A stretch of 64,000 nt of DNA from Tubiluchus corallicola (GCA_030141605.1 JAQGDQ010000192.1:348282-412281), one strand, 5' to 3'; numbered from the stretch's first letter, positions 1 through 15,207 are shown. The notes: generated from the sequence alone by a model not told the origin. Made by a program: numbers and translations.

Positions 1-202
1 GAAAACATTAGTAGTTACCTAAAAAATTCCACAACACAAAAGTATTTTTTCGAAAACATTATTTAAAAAACTACCTGTTTAGTGTTTACTTCTGTTAAGC
101 CTTAGTTGTGTTATGCAAATAATTCAGGTCCATAAGTGCAACACCTGTAATTTGTTGAAATGTTCCAACATTCAAACTTGAAAGAAGCAATGTGAATGCC
201 TT

Positions 203-790
203 GGGCCCATTTCACTGTGAGAAAGCACATCAAAATTCCTCTGGAAGAAATTCCTTGCGGCATTCCTCAAGAAAATGGAACACATTGTTTTTCTATGGCG
301 TATTTTGCAATGACACCTTACAAGGAATCTTCCTCGTGCAATTTCTCATGAGGAATTCTGCTGCGCATCTAACAAGAAGCTATGCATCCTCCTCATGAAG
401 AAAATTGTCACGTAGTAAAAATGCTGCATGTTCCATTTTCATGAGGAATCCTCGTAGAATTCAGATCAAAATTTAACTGTTCTTTCTTGTCCAAAAGATG
501 ACAATTCACACATTTCAGCATAAAATTATAAGGTTCAATCTTTTTTTGACAGACAGACGATTTTGTTTTAATAGTGCAATGGAAATCCATGATGACGAGT
601 AATAGCTAGAAACCTGCAACTCACAGAGTAGCTGCAGCTAACTGGATATGCGGAAAAAACTTCACGATTTCATTGTAAAATAAACTTTCTTGCTGCATGA
701 AAAAAATCTGACATTTTCTGAAAATTTTCTGATTTCCTAAAAACAATTCCATGCATCACTTTTCTTGTATCCTCACTATGAAATGGGCCT
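203..790. mobile_element. MITE-like element in a SERCA intron (PIF/Harbinger-like termini)
   Basis: Terminal inverted repeats gggcccatttcactgtgaga (203-222) and tcctcactatgaaatgggcct (770-790). The internal inverted motif aaaatggaaca/tgttccatttt is present, and there is no credible ORF. Superfamily is inferred from the GGC termini and TWA-like flanks. Confidence 0.6.
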
Positions 791-1021
791 TAGTGAGGCA
801 TCGTATATCATTCATTGCTTGTCCTTGTATGTAAACTAAGAGTAACTCACTTCTTAAAAAAAGATGGCTCTTTTCAGTTAGTGCAGTTTGTTTGCTTTTA
901 ACTTATGATCAGTGATATTGTTATTTAGATATTTATTGCTTGTCATTTATTTGCTTTCAAATTACAAAGCTCCTTTCAACATTATCTGCTAATTTGTTGA
1001 TATTACTTCCCTTTTATTTAG

Positions 1022-1171
<150 letters not shown>

Positions 1172-1699
1172 TAAATACTATTTCAAAAAACTTGCTTTCA
1201 AGTTTTTTGTTGTTTATATGTAAACTAGGTCTTTTCAGAGTTAATGATGCAAAACTTAAAAATTAAAATTCTTGCACTTGATGTTTAATGCTAACTGCTA
1301 AGTGCAAGCATTAAAACTTTTGGTCATCTGTTAGGAAATTGAACATTTTCTCTTGCATTTACATTTTGTAAAGATAGGCAAAAATTAATAGTTCACATGT
1401 TGTTGATCTAGTAAAAATAAGTTACACTGCTTTGTGAATACGCTTAATAATAATTACTTTTTTCTTCCAATATGGTTATAATAGTTTCTTTGCCACCCAT
1501 TTTCATTATTTAAATTGATAAGAATTTTTCAACTTATCAGAGTTTTTCATACGAGTTACTGTACTACTAACCCATACACTTTTTGTAAATTTTTTAAGGC
1601 TCACTTCAAAACTCGTGGTTGTTCTCTGTTGCTCAGGTCACTATAACTGTAACTTTTGTTTATTCTATATTGTATTATTTTATAATCGTTTATTTCTAG

Positions 1700-1817
1700 G
1701 GTGCAACTGAGGGTGTTTTAGAAAGGTGCAACTTTGCACGCGTTGGAAACAATCGTGTTCCTCTTACTGACAGGATGAGAGAAAAAGTCATGAAACTAGC
1801 TGCCGAATATGGAACTG
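1700..1817 (+). CDS. ATP2A: SERCA exon (N domain)
   Basis: GATEGVLERCNFARVG...AEYGT; phase 0 to 1, consistent with both neighbours. Confidence 0.95.
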
Positions 1818-2517
1818 GTACGTTATTCATACATTAATTCAATTCCGCAAATGATTTGGTTCATGTGTATATTTGTAAGCTGTTGGTTATAAAGCTTTTG
1901 CATAAATATAGGTTAAAAAAACTCTGGTTTTGTGATTATTTTTCTTGAGAACTGGACCAGATTTTACTTGTTAACTTGCTGAATGAAATCTCAGATTAGA
2001 CAATGGAAATTTATAGCATTGTAATAGGTTTTTGTAATGTATGTCTATGTTGGTTTAAACAATATTTTATTTAAGTTACATAATCATTTGTTCCTCATTT
2101 TTAGATGAATAATAATTTTTTTGTAATCGTCTGCCTATAGAATTTGAATAACTGATACACTTACGCTCTGAAAGGCTTTAATATAGGTTTTTCCTATTAG
2201 TCAGTCAGTATTTGAGTCGTGTACATCTACATTGATCCTGCAGTGGATTTGCTATTCACGTTTCTGAAGTGATTGCGACTCGTTTATTTAGTTAAAAATA
2301 AACCAGCTTATGTTTTTGTGAGCAATGTTGTCCTTGTTCTGCATTTTGTCCTTTATCAGATCAGTCAGACAAGGTGGACTGACTGCAACTTGTTCATCTG
2401 GCTGCATTGTTTAATAAGCAGTGCAGAAGAATACTCAGAATAGCAGCCAAAACCTAAAGTTGGCTCCTTTCATGTTTCATGTGATTCTGTTCGCATTTGC
2501 ATTTACTTCTATCCTGA

Positions 2518-2751
<234 letters not shown>

Positions 2752-2971
2752 TGAAAGAGATCAAACTGTCTATGATGGTGTTCGGAAAAGCAGCTTCTTC
2801 AGCGAAGAGTTTACAATTTGATATTGGATACTGATTAAAAGATGCAACTTAAGATTACAGTATTGTTTGACATACTGTTGTGCGTATGTAATGTTTTCGA
2901 GATCTTAACTGGGCATAATATTATTCTTGGCAATGTATATCTGCTTGTTATAATTAGTGACTATCATTTAA

Positions 2972-3223
<252 letters not shown>

Positions 3224-3877
3224 TAGCTTGTAAATTTCTTCTTTATACTTGCCTGTAATTTTGTTTAAGGAGCAAAGGCAGCTTAATAATGAAACAGCTT
3301 TGCCTACACTTACTTAATCTGCTTATTATACTTTTGTCTTGCTGATAACTTGCTGATTTATCGTTAAATCACATATTTTGCTTAATAAATTTGTCTAGAA
3401 TTAACTAAAGATAAATTTATTATGCAAAGTATGTGATTTACCTAAATATGATGAATAAGAAAATTTTAATGCCATAAGAAATATGATTAAAAAAATTTTA
3501 AATTTAAATTTTTTTAAGTATAATTACTGGATACTTAATGCATGCAATTAGAGGTCCAAATTGTATATACGTTCTATACTAATTATATAAAAATTTATTA
3601 TTATTAATAATAAAAAATTGCTGATAACAGCATAATGTTATCACTACTGTTTTCCAAATAGCCACAATGTGTTGCAGTGGCAATCTTTGTCTGGTCTGAG
3701 ACATGTGTAATGTTGTCCTTGTTGGCTAGGATTGTCGATTTGACAAGTTATAAACTTGTAAGTAATGATGTCACCATTTGACATTTCCACAAAATTTCTT
3801 ACAAAAACAGCATTGACACTTTGTCCTCAATTTTAGTACTGTTTGTGTGCTATTTGTTATGTACTTTTTATCTCTAG

Positions 3878-4093
<216 letters not shown>

Positions 4094-4672
4094 TGAACAA
4101 TTTTTAGTGATTCTGTTGTCGGATTCAGATAGTACTGTCTGCTCGTTTACTGCTGACCAAACCATGCAAATGTAATATCTGCTGTCAAAAGGCCTTCATA
4201 TCGCTATTTTTTAATCTATTGTTCATGATGTGCATTAAGAATTTTGAGCATTGGGTGGCAGACAAATACTGAAACAGAGCAGGCAGAGCTCACTAGCACA
4301 AGCAAATCTTGTCATTTATAAAAGCTGGCATAAGCCTAAAATGTTGCTGGAACATTATGGAAGGTACCCAAGCTACCTAGCATCATGCACAGCTAGTTTT
4401 TGGCCTCCTGTGATTATTTAAAAAAAAACTTTAAACCTATTGGTATATATGCATTGCATCGGTACATTTATATGTATTAATACTGACCAAGTCAAAACAC
4501 TGCAATTAGATGGTCAAAGTTTTAATTCCTGCCTATAAAATTCAAAATTAAGCCCACGTATTCTCCTCCCTAGTATTTGTTGTTACTTGTCAGGAACTAA
4601 ATGCAAGTTGTATTTCATGTGTATAAACTACTTTGTTTATTCTATGTGACTCAGAAAATACTTTGCCTGTAG

Positions 4673-4948
<276 letters not shown>

Positions 4949-5286
4949 TAGTTTTTAAAAAGGCTTCGGTATTTCTTGAGCATGCAATATGTAAGCAAAT
5001 GCACTAAACTAGGCAAACTTACTATGTGGTGGTATCCAGTAATCGTAATCTTTACTCACATATTATATTTGTTAAAAATATTTATAATTCAGGGTATCAA
5101 AAGTAACATGAAGGGGATATGGCAATATCAAAAGAGACCTAAAATCGCTAAACTTGGATTATAAGCTATTGCCCATACTGTTCTTCAAATACTATTTTTC
5201 AGAAGTCAGCTTGAGCATCACTGCAAGAGAATACTAACCAAGCTTTCCAGAAATTTCTAAACCTTGCAAAATGTGAAGAAATGTAA

Positions 5287-5571
<285 letters not shown>

Positions 5572-5802
5572 TAGTTAACGTATTCAATAAATTACTGTAA
5601 AGTAGTATTGACAGATCTGAAGTAGCATTGATTGAAGTAATACCAAGTATTTTTTGACAGATCTGCACATAGAAATGAAATTCACTTTAAAAAATATTTT
5701 AAAATGTCCATTATTTTAGGAATATAGAAGCAAAAAATGTGTTCAGTATTATATTGTAATACTTAACACACATCTAACCTTTGTTTATTTCTTTTTGTTT
5801 AG

Positions 5803-5903
5803 CCTACGTTGGTGTTGCAACGGTTGGTAGCGCTGCTTGGTGGTTTATGATTTATCATGACGGACCAAAACTAAGCTACTTTCAACTCACACATCATTTA
5901 TCG
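5803..5903 (+). CDS. ATP2A: SERCA exon (M7)
   Basis: [33 protein letters not shown]; phase 1 to 0. Confidence 0.96.
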
Positions 5904-6252
5904 GTAAGCCCTGACCTATTGTGTTGATGTGTGTAAGCTATTCAAATTGTTCAAATGCACTTTTGATTTTTGGGCATTTTTGGTGTTTTGTTATTTATCA
6001 TCAATTTAGCGATATTATCATGTTAGATTAAAGACTAGTCCCATATGTATTTTTTCTACATCATTTCTAGATCTTTCTAAATTACTAGTGTGCTAGACTT
6101 GTCTCTACAAAATCATTCTCCTACAACAGGTTTGCAGAAACACTCTGCCTGGATACTACTTTTTCTACGTCTTAGTGTACTAGGAATAGGAATTTTCTTG
6201 AAATCTTGTTTTACTTTTATAAATATTTATTTATTTTCTGTTCTCATTTTAG

Positions 6253-6372
<120 letters not shown>

Positions 6373-6827
6373 TAACAATTTTATTTCATTGTTGATAATC
6401 TATTTTAGGTGTGTTACATAAAAACATAATCATTATTTGTAGTGGAATTTTTCTTCTGTAAACGATTCCTTTTTGATTACACGTTTGGAACACGATATAT
6501 GATATCCAACATCAATGCAAATTCATTTTTTGCTGCTGCATTTTGTTACTAGAGACTAATTAAACAAAATTTTAGTATGTAACTCCTTCACATCCCAAAA
6601 TCAAATGCTCGTAACAGAAAATCGGCTGAAAGTTATCAATGGAAAACTTCACAGCTATCAGTCATCAAGGTCTATATTACTGATACTGGACAATCATCAA
6701 TGGGTGTTATTAAGTGTCTATTGGTTGTTATCAAAAATCAAAGCACTTGTGCCTTCAGTCGTTTATGATGCTTGTAAGTGAACTGAACTGTTTTAAATTT
6801 TTACTAAAATATTTTTAATCTGTGTGA

Positions 6828-7190
<363 letters not shown>

Positions 7191-8034
7191 ACAAAAGTTG
7201 GAAAACAGTCCCAATGATGTTAGAAGAAAATTATTCGTTGCTTTTTGTATTTGTAATGATCATGTTCAAACCAGTTTTGTATTTTCTTAACTAACTTAAC
7301 TGTGCAAGAAGTATTTATTCTACAAAACTACTATTATTACCTGCATGCCATATGCTAGCACAAGTATATGCTACATTGCTCTATAAACAAACAGAATGTA
7401 TACATACATTGCTAGTCCAATACTGAGTTCAGGAATTTCAGCAAATGTCAGCCCGTAACAGCCTAGTCATAATATTGGATAACAAGAACATGCATATTCT
7501 ATAAGTTCTGCCTATGTAATGTGAGATTGAAAAAGTATTCTAGCTCATAATACTATGGCCTAACATATATGGCTTCTAATATACATTGTACCACTTCCTG
7601 GGAAGGATATTGATGCAAAACGTTGAATCTGCGGCAGTGTTTCACATACAATGTGGGTGGTATCCAGCCTGTCTTACCATTGTAGTGAATCACAGATGTA
7701 TATTGATCGTAATACGTCAAGTTTTCAATTTATGTATAGAAAAATACGTACAGTCTTAGAAGGCCGTTTTCTTGTTATAATGCAATTTTGACAAAAAAAT
7801 TGTATGACACTTGCATCATACAATTAATCACACAGCTTTAAATCAAACTTTTTCTCCATTTGGTGTGACCTATTTTTAGTGACACATTATTTTTATTATT
7901 TTTATTGATTTTTAATTTTTAGTATAATTTTTATAGTTTAAACAATGTTTAGATATGGACTTGTATGTCTCATTTAATTTTTTTAACTAAGTAAATAAAG
8001 TTAAATTAAACCTGATGTCTTTTCTTTCAAATAG

Positions 8035-8253
<219 letters not shown>

Positions 8254-9110
8254 GATTTCCACTATTGCTTTCTCCCTTTTGTTGCCTTCGTAGTTATGCT
8301 GGTATGCAGCTTATTCAAATATTGTAGTTCTGTTGCTATTTCGTCATTTTATGAATCGACTACCCTAAATTTTATGTTCTCATTTTCATTGGTGTTTTTA
8401 ACTGCATGGTTATGCACTGTACCATGTTTTTGATGTGTAGTTAATGTAGTAGTGCATTAGATTTTATGAACTGTAAAAAGTGTAAAATAACAAGTGGCTT
8501 TAAGAAAGTTAGCTTAATTTATTTAACAATGGCATATTTGTTATATAAGCTTCGAATGAAAAATACATACTAACTTAAGCCTAAATTTGTAGTAATTGCT
8601 AGCCATTTTTCTTGGTACTGTATTTATTTTTCTCATTATGCTTGAGCACAGCATTAATAAAACCATTTTCTGGTTACATTGAGCATGTTTTTTGGCATGA
8701 ACAGTTTGTATTGTCTGTCGTAAGATGTTGCAAAGCTGTAGATTGTGATACTATGTTATTAAGTGCTGGAAATTTGATAAGTGCTAGATGGGACCTTGGA
8801 ATCATTTTAGAATCAATAGTGACGTTGTAAATGGTATTCCTTTGCAATATAAAATACTAGCATATTCATTTAACTTTTTGAATTTTATATCTCTAGGACT
8901 TTTATGAAAATATATGAATGTGTTACGACTTACGAGTTTATTCTTACACTGTAATTTTCTGTTAAGTTTTCGTGCAAAAAACGTAATTTTATCACCATTA
9001 TACCATTTTCTGAGGAAATCCAAATTTATTTTGCATGGTGTTTTGGCAAGTCTGTGTGGAGATTCACGTTATTGGGTATAGGATGTAACTTTCTTTGATA
9101 TATGTACAGG

Positions 9111-9116
9111 AATAAA
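9111..9116 (+). terminator. Candidate poly(A) signal for the read-through SERCA isoform
   Basis: AATAAA about 860 nt after the 8253 stop, followed by T-rich sequence. Confidence 0.4.
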
Positions 9117-11693
9117 ATAATAATTTTCATCGTTTTCACAATGTTCAATTCATTTTCGAAAGTTGCTTACATTTGTGTTAAGCTCTATACCAAGAGTAAG
9201 AATAATAATTATATACTGATAAAAATAAATTATACTTATATATACATGTTGAAGTTCATCTGAACAGTGATTTGTCTGACTTGGACTCTGCCTTCCGACA
9301 AGCACTGTTAAGCATGCAGCCAGACACATTTTACTAATTTACTAATTTTAACAAGTAATTAACAAAAAACTAGAAATTTACAAGTGCGCGGAAGATTTTG
9401 CCTGATTTGAGGAATTGCAGTGTTTAAAATACTTTTAATTTTCTACTAATTATGATAAAATAATGACGAGCTGATGATAGGCAACCATGCTGCCTGCATG
9501 AAGCATGCCAGTGATGCTACCACTTTGACTTGTCCCTTGTTAATTTGCACCACTTTATTAAAAGCAGCATACACAGTTTTTGTTGAGCAGCACTAACAGC
9601 ACTATAGCCACGTCAGCAGCAGCTGCAAGAATAACCGCAATAGTTTAGTTATAGTGACCAGTTTTGTGACATTAATGGCCATAAATGTTATTCTGTAATT
9701 ATGGAGTCACACAAAACTTTCCACTGTGATGGACACTTAATGGAAAAAATCCCACAGTGAAAAAATTGTCTTCAATTTTTCTATTCAGGAGTTTCTATTA
9801 ATTTTTCCATTCCCATGTATGAGCATTATTTCTATATCTGTTTGGTCATTATTCACCATGATATTGGTAGCATTCTGTACATGCGTTTCACATCATTTGA
9901 TATAGGTACATAAAAAGTGAAAATCTATCCCCAGAAAGAAAGAAAAAACTTTAGACAATAATCCATGGGTTTTGGGCATAAAATGTAGGCTATGCGCATA
10001 CTGTATAAACATAGCAAATTTGTAGTGATATTTAATGAGCCACATTTTATGGCACACAAACAAAGTAGCTCCCACAATCCCTCCTCCCTCCATAATCATT
10101 TTTCTATGCCCATTGCCACAGATGGGAATCTGGTGTTTTCACTCTATTTTTAAATAGCATAATATCTATGCAACAAATACTGGACGTAAGAGTTTAAATT
10201 TTAATGGACTGTGAGCCCCATGTAAGGTGCAATGAATAGTAAATACTGCGGTTGCCTCTCAGTCCTAGCCAGCATTGCATATTTTCGTTAGTGGTCATTT
10301 CGATTCTTCTGCTGAAAATGAGTGCCTGGCTATTACCTGCCGTTGACGCTTTTATCATTGTTTTGGCTAATCATCTAGGCCTACTAGCTTATGAAACTAC
10401 CAGAGTGGTTACATGGCAATTTTTCAGTAATGACATATGATACGTTGCTTTTGTAAAAACCGGGATTATGGACATGTTACTTCATCGGTATCAGTTGATG
10501 GTTAGCACCTACATTAATTTGGTTTTCGCTTTTCAGCTGTTTTTACTGTGCATGGCTAATGAAGTCACTTTTGCTTGTAATCTTATTATTTTGTGTGCAA
10601 TTTTTCTGTAAGTATACCCTTAACTTCCTTGTAAATTGTTTTATAAATTTTATAAGCTTGAAATAATTCTAGTTACTTAGTGATAAGTAATGTAATGCAC
10701 CCACATTGCTTCGTTTCTCTTATGAGCAACTTTAGCTTTTTAGATACTGGGTGTCATTTGGAATTGAGAACATGCAGTTTATTATCTGGGAAAAGGGGTA
10801 TATTAAATGAGAAGTGTATAGCTATTTTTCCGATATCTTTTCCTGATAAACCTTATACGTACGAGTATCTACAAGACCAGCGAACTTGCGTAAGCCAAAC
10901 TTGGTGCAGCTGTTTTAAGGTGGAAAGAAAGTCATTCGTCATTGACTTGTAATCTGTGACCTTCCTCCAGAAGCATCTTTGTCCTTCTTCATAGTAAGAT
11001 AGGGGCGACATTCTTAAGATATTTTTGCTACAGTGACACACGCCATTATGGCAAGCTAACATTGTGAAAGATGGACTAATAGTAAGTTACTTTGCTTCAG
11101 TAACCTTCTTAACCTTAATCTTGGCAACGTGATCTTGGTTTAGCTTGTTTGTCTGAAAAATAATTAACTGTTACGTGATATTGTAGTCTAAAAAGCTTGG
11201 CGTTTTTGATTGTCATGCTACTACTTGCACGTTATTTTTTACCATTAGTTTGCAACTTTACTGTACCTTTTTGCATGAACCTCAGCTGCCTTTTGGTGTA
11301 GTTACACTTAATTAAAACTTGAACTTATTGATTTTTTGTCATCAACACTGAAATCCTCTACCTGCTTTTCAGCATTATTACTGTATTAGCAAAAAGTGTT
11401 GTAAACTAATGTACAAAAAATGCATTTTCTCCCGTATATTGAGTGCTTACTGTTAATCAGAATACTAGATTTGCCCCAACAGCTAGATGATTGATTATCT
11501 ATTAACAACCAACATTTGCCCTGCATGTGATTATGCAGGTTATCATTAATCATTATACAAGACGCACCTGCACGAACAACTGTACATGTGGGGTGGGGTC
11601 ATCTCATTAATATGATTTGGGGTGGGTATCTTCACTAATAGGAATGCAACCTCTCTATACTGTTAATACTACATCCATGAACTTTTGTTTCAG

Positions 11694-11824
11694 CTCCCAC
11701 AGCTCGTGAGTTGATGATGATGCAAGCTGGTCCGCGTGCAAGTTTTAGTGGATATGGTCCACCCGGACTCGGTGGCTACGGTATGCCTCCGCCACCTATG
11801 TTTAACAAATACGATAGATGGTGA
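11694..11824 (+). CDS. ATP2A: SERCA alternative terminal exon (43-aa Gly/Pro-rich tail)
   Basis: Acceptor acttttgtttcag|ct. The phase-1 join to 8152 gives APTARELMMMQAGPRASFSGYGPPGLGGYGMPPPPMFNKYDRW*. It is a GC-rich island in AT-rich flanks. Confidence 0.8.
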
Positions 11825-13201
11825 AAGTCGCCATTTCACAATGAGTTATAGGAAAATCATTAATATACTTTGACATGTTATGATGTGACAGTTCATAAAC
11901 ACGTGATATGGTAACACTTGCGTCCGTTGAATTGTTAAAAGTTACATAATAGAACAAAGCCATACAAGGTTATCACGGTTAATTAAAACGAAATTGCACA
12001 ACTCTTATCAATTCTGCACATGATAAATGAGCCTTTTATACTTAGCTTTTGTTCTTTATCATGATTTAGACAATTACCAGCTTTTAATCTAGAATTATTT
12101 TAGACCTTATTAACAAATGTATGTAGGTATCTCTTCAAAAGTTGTTTTTAGTCACTGAAAAAGCCACCCAGTTTCCTGATTAAAATGACCCAAACTGTTA
12201 CCAAGTCCTAATATGGGCTAAATAAAATATAAAATAATTAAATGAATATAAATATAATTATATATATTGTGTAAATACAAACTGTTTTGTTTGTTGTTTT
12301 GTAAAGGCTATTATTTATAGTTTGCTACTATTCACAAAAACTGATGTAATTAGGAGAAAGTGTAGGATTTTAATTGCATGGTTAGTTTAATATCTTAGTA
12401 CATCATGTATATACCTATGAATCTCTAGAATTGGTTCGTCGTTTTGATGGTAACTCGATAGGCCTGTTTGATCGACAGAACGTCGTTTCAACAATAATAT
12501 TATTTATTTCAGATTTTATTTACATATGCTTTAGGTAATCATGTACATGTAATGTAAAGTGAGTTTTTCAGATTTTGATGTGAACTTTGAACAATTTTTG
12601 CATGTACATTATTGGAGTTCAAGCTGAATGTGTTTTAGTTTCCGAAAGGTTTGAATGCTATTATATCTGTAACCACTTCTTTGTAATCAGGATTGCAATG
12701 AAAGCTGGTATTTTTAGACCTATTCTACAATTGATTAACCAACCTAGGACGCACCTGCTAACAGCAGACAAATATTAAATTATAATACACATTGTAAAGC
12801 GTTTGAATTGGCTCAAGCCTGTGGTTTGTTATACTTTTGCTATAGTAAATTAATGTGTTCATGCTAGTCACACAATAGGCATAGGCAAAAAGTATTAACC
12901 ACTAAGCAATGTTGAAAAAACCTAGCTGTATACTAATTTAGATCTAGCAGATGTAGCAGCATAACTTTTTCAATTTAAAGCTGCACACTGTATAGAAGTT
13001 TAGGTAGTTTAAGTTAATTATTTTCAGAGCTCTTGCCTTTGTTTTTAATGTCACAAATTGTGTTCAAGTCGTCACTGAATCACCTTGAAAAATGCACATT
13101 ATTCATTATGAAAGTTTACTTGATAAGAGATGCACAGCATTACATTTACTGTTAAATATTTCTGTGATTCTTCCCATTGTTTATGGTGTTTTTCATTATC
13201 T

Positions 13202-13207
13202 AATAAA
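13202..13207 (+). terminator. Candidate distal SERCA poly(A) signal
   Basis: AATAAA followed by GT/T-rich downstream sequence; another AATAAA lies at 12221. Confidence 0.45.
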
Positions 13208-14667
13208 GAAGTTGGTTGTGGATTAACCGTTTCTTCATTTTTTATTGTATCAGAAAAATGATGAATGCGAGGTGATGATCTGCATGAAACTCATGATATT
13301 CCACAACATAAGACTGTGCTTGATACGCAACATAAGCAGAACTTCTCAAACACCAGAGAAGGAACTGATTTCCTTGCACATAATCCTTGTTTAGTTTCCA
13401 CAAACAAACAGCAATTAATCACCATGGAATAGCCTGATTCATCTTACTAATCAAATGCCATATGGCAATTCACCGTCTACAGATGAAACTTGGTAAGCTG
13501 CATTCTGGAGGAAGGCAGTTCATATGACCACATTAATACGAACCTGTGCTCCATTCTGACTTTTTTGCATTTATTTGTTTTAATTTGCTACATATGATTG
13601 TCAGTTGAACAAATGAAATTAGCAAAATAAAATTAGGCAAGACTTTCTTAGATATAATAGTTTTGATATGCCATTTATTTTGAACTCTGACACAAAACAC
13701 AGGTACAAGATTAACAAATCTCTGCAACACTCTCTAAACATGTAAACACAAGGAACTACAGGATTAACATTAGTAAAATAAAATAATGCTTGATGCCATT
13801 AAGACTCAGTAATTATAATACATTGTGCTAGCTTTCAGTCTTTAGCTCTTTACTAGTATTGAAATAATCAATTACTGAAAACACAAACTGGCTATAAGCA
13901 TAATTCAAAAACCTAATAAACTGCATTATACCTGAGTGGTCACAGAGCAAGGTTAAGCAATGCCGAGTCATAAAAGTTTCACCCGCCATAAAAGTACAGT
14001 ATTTCAACATCCTTGATAATGAGATAGATTCCAGCCCCGCCCACACCTATTTCCATTAAGTTGGTCTAGAATTGAGTGCAGAAGCGTATAGAACAAAATT
14101 AAAAACATGCGTCATTTAATAAAATAATTACATACGTTCAAAGTAGCAATGACTGAAAGTTTGGTACAATAGAATATACTGTACTGAAAATCAATGACAT
14201 TCTCATTTTTGGTACTTCAATGTATGCAGAATGTGCAATACACTATATATATATATATATACAATGAAATACCTTTGTTTTATAACAGTTAGTGCTATGT
14301 TATTATTTTCCTAATCCACACACATTCTTTCATTGTATAATTAAAAAATACAGTTAGGTAATTAAGCTTGTATAGTATCTTTTGGAGAAATAATTTTGAT
14401 GAGGCAGCCAGTAACTTGGAGTCTCTATCAGTTCAAGGTCAAAACAGATCAAAACTGGAAAACTGGCTTTTGATGAGTGATGGTGGTGGTGCAAAGTTGG
14501 CTTGCAGCAGGTCGTCTAAAAGCTGCAGGGAAATGAACTTAACTGTTCACTTGAATAAGCCGATGCCAAAATCCGATGTCATTTGAAGACCACCAGAAGA
14601 AAAAATGGAAAATGAATCATACACAGTAACACTACCTACAGCAGTAATTAGTATCAGAATGTTGATA

Positions 14668-15207
14668 TTAGCTATCCTCGCTTTCTCTTATTAGTCTAAT
14701 GAGCTTTACCAGATTTTGCTGTGTCTGCTCCAATGTCGGATTCAGCTCTAGAGCTCTCTGGTAAGCTCTATGTGCATCATCGACTCGTTTCCACCGGTGG
14801 TACAATACACCAAGGTTACCCCAATAGTTGCCATTTAGTTCATCTGCATTGATAGCTACCAAAAAATGTTTTTCAGCTTCAGAATATTTTTCTAGCTTTC
14901 CTAAGATGTTTCCAAGATGAAAATGAATAGACGATGCTTCAGGAAGTACCCGGAGTGCTTTCCTCGCAATGTTCTCAGCATCTTGCAGCGAGCCATTTTT
15001 TTCTAGCATGACAATCATGTTATTCCAAGCATTAACGTGACTTGGACGCAGTTGTGTAGCATTTGTCCATGCATTCAATGCTTTCTGATGCTGCTGTTTC
15101 TCAAGATATAGGTTGCCAAGGTTGTAATAGCAGTCAGAATAGTTGCGTCGGTGCTTAAGGGCAATGATGTAACTCAGTTCGGCTTCTTCATATTTCCCCA
15201 AGCTGGT
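14668..15207 (-). CDS. TMTC4: TMTC4 last coding exon (TPR repeats)
   Basis: Acceptor ttttgctttag; TSLGKYEEAELSYIIALKHRRNYSDCYYNLGNLY...NLGVLYHRW...*, matching the TMTC4 C-terminal TPRs as I recall them. Confidence 0.93.
   Translation of the reverse strand, partial: TSLGKYEEAELSYIIALKHRRNYSDCYYNLGNLYLEKQQHQKALNAWTNATQLRPSHVNAWNNMIVMLEKNGSLQDAENIARKALRVLPEASSIHFHLGNILGKLEKYSEAEKHFLVAINADELNGNYWGNLGVLYHRWKRVDDAHRAYQRALELNPTLEQTQQNLVKLIRLIRESEDS

Noticed and set aside
192-398. 68-aa ORF near the window start
   Set aside because: It lies within an intronic MITE, starts at GTG and has no SERCA similarity.
9789-9905. Second hydrophobic SERCA tail or sarcolamban-like peptide (…VWSLFTMILVAFC…)
   Set aside because: The hydrophobic frame is phase 0 and cannot join the phase-1 donor at 8152. 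T-rich DNA yields such peptides by chance.
10252-10440. Micropeptide regulator of SERCA
   Set aside because: It has a TTG start, no sarcolipin/phospholamban/sarcolamban-like motif and no exon signals.
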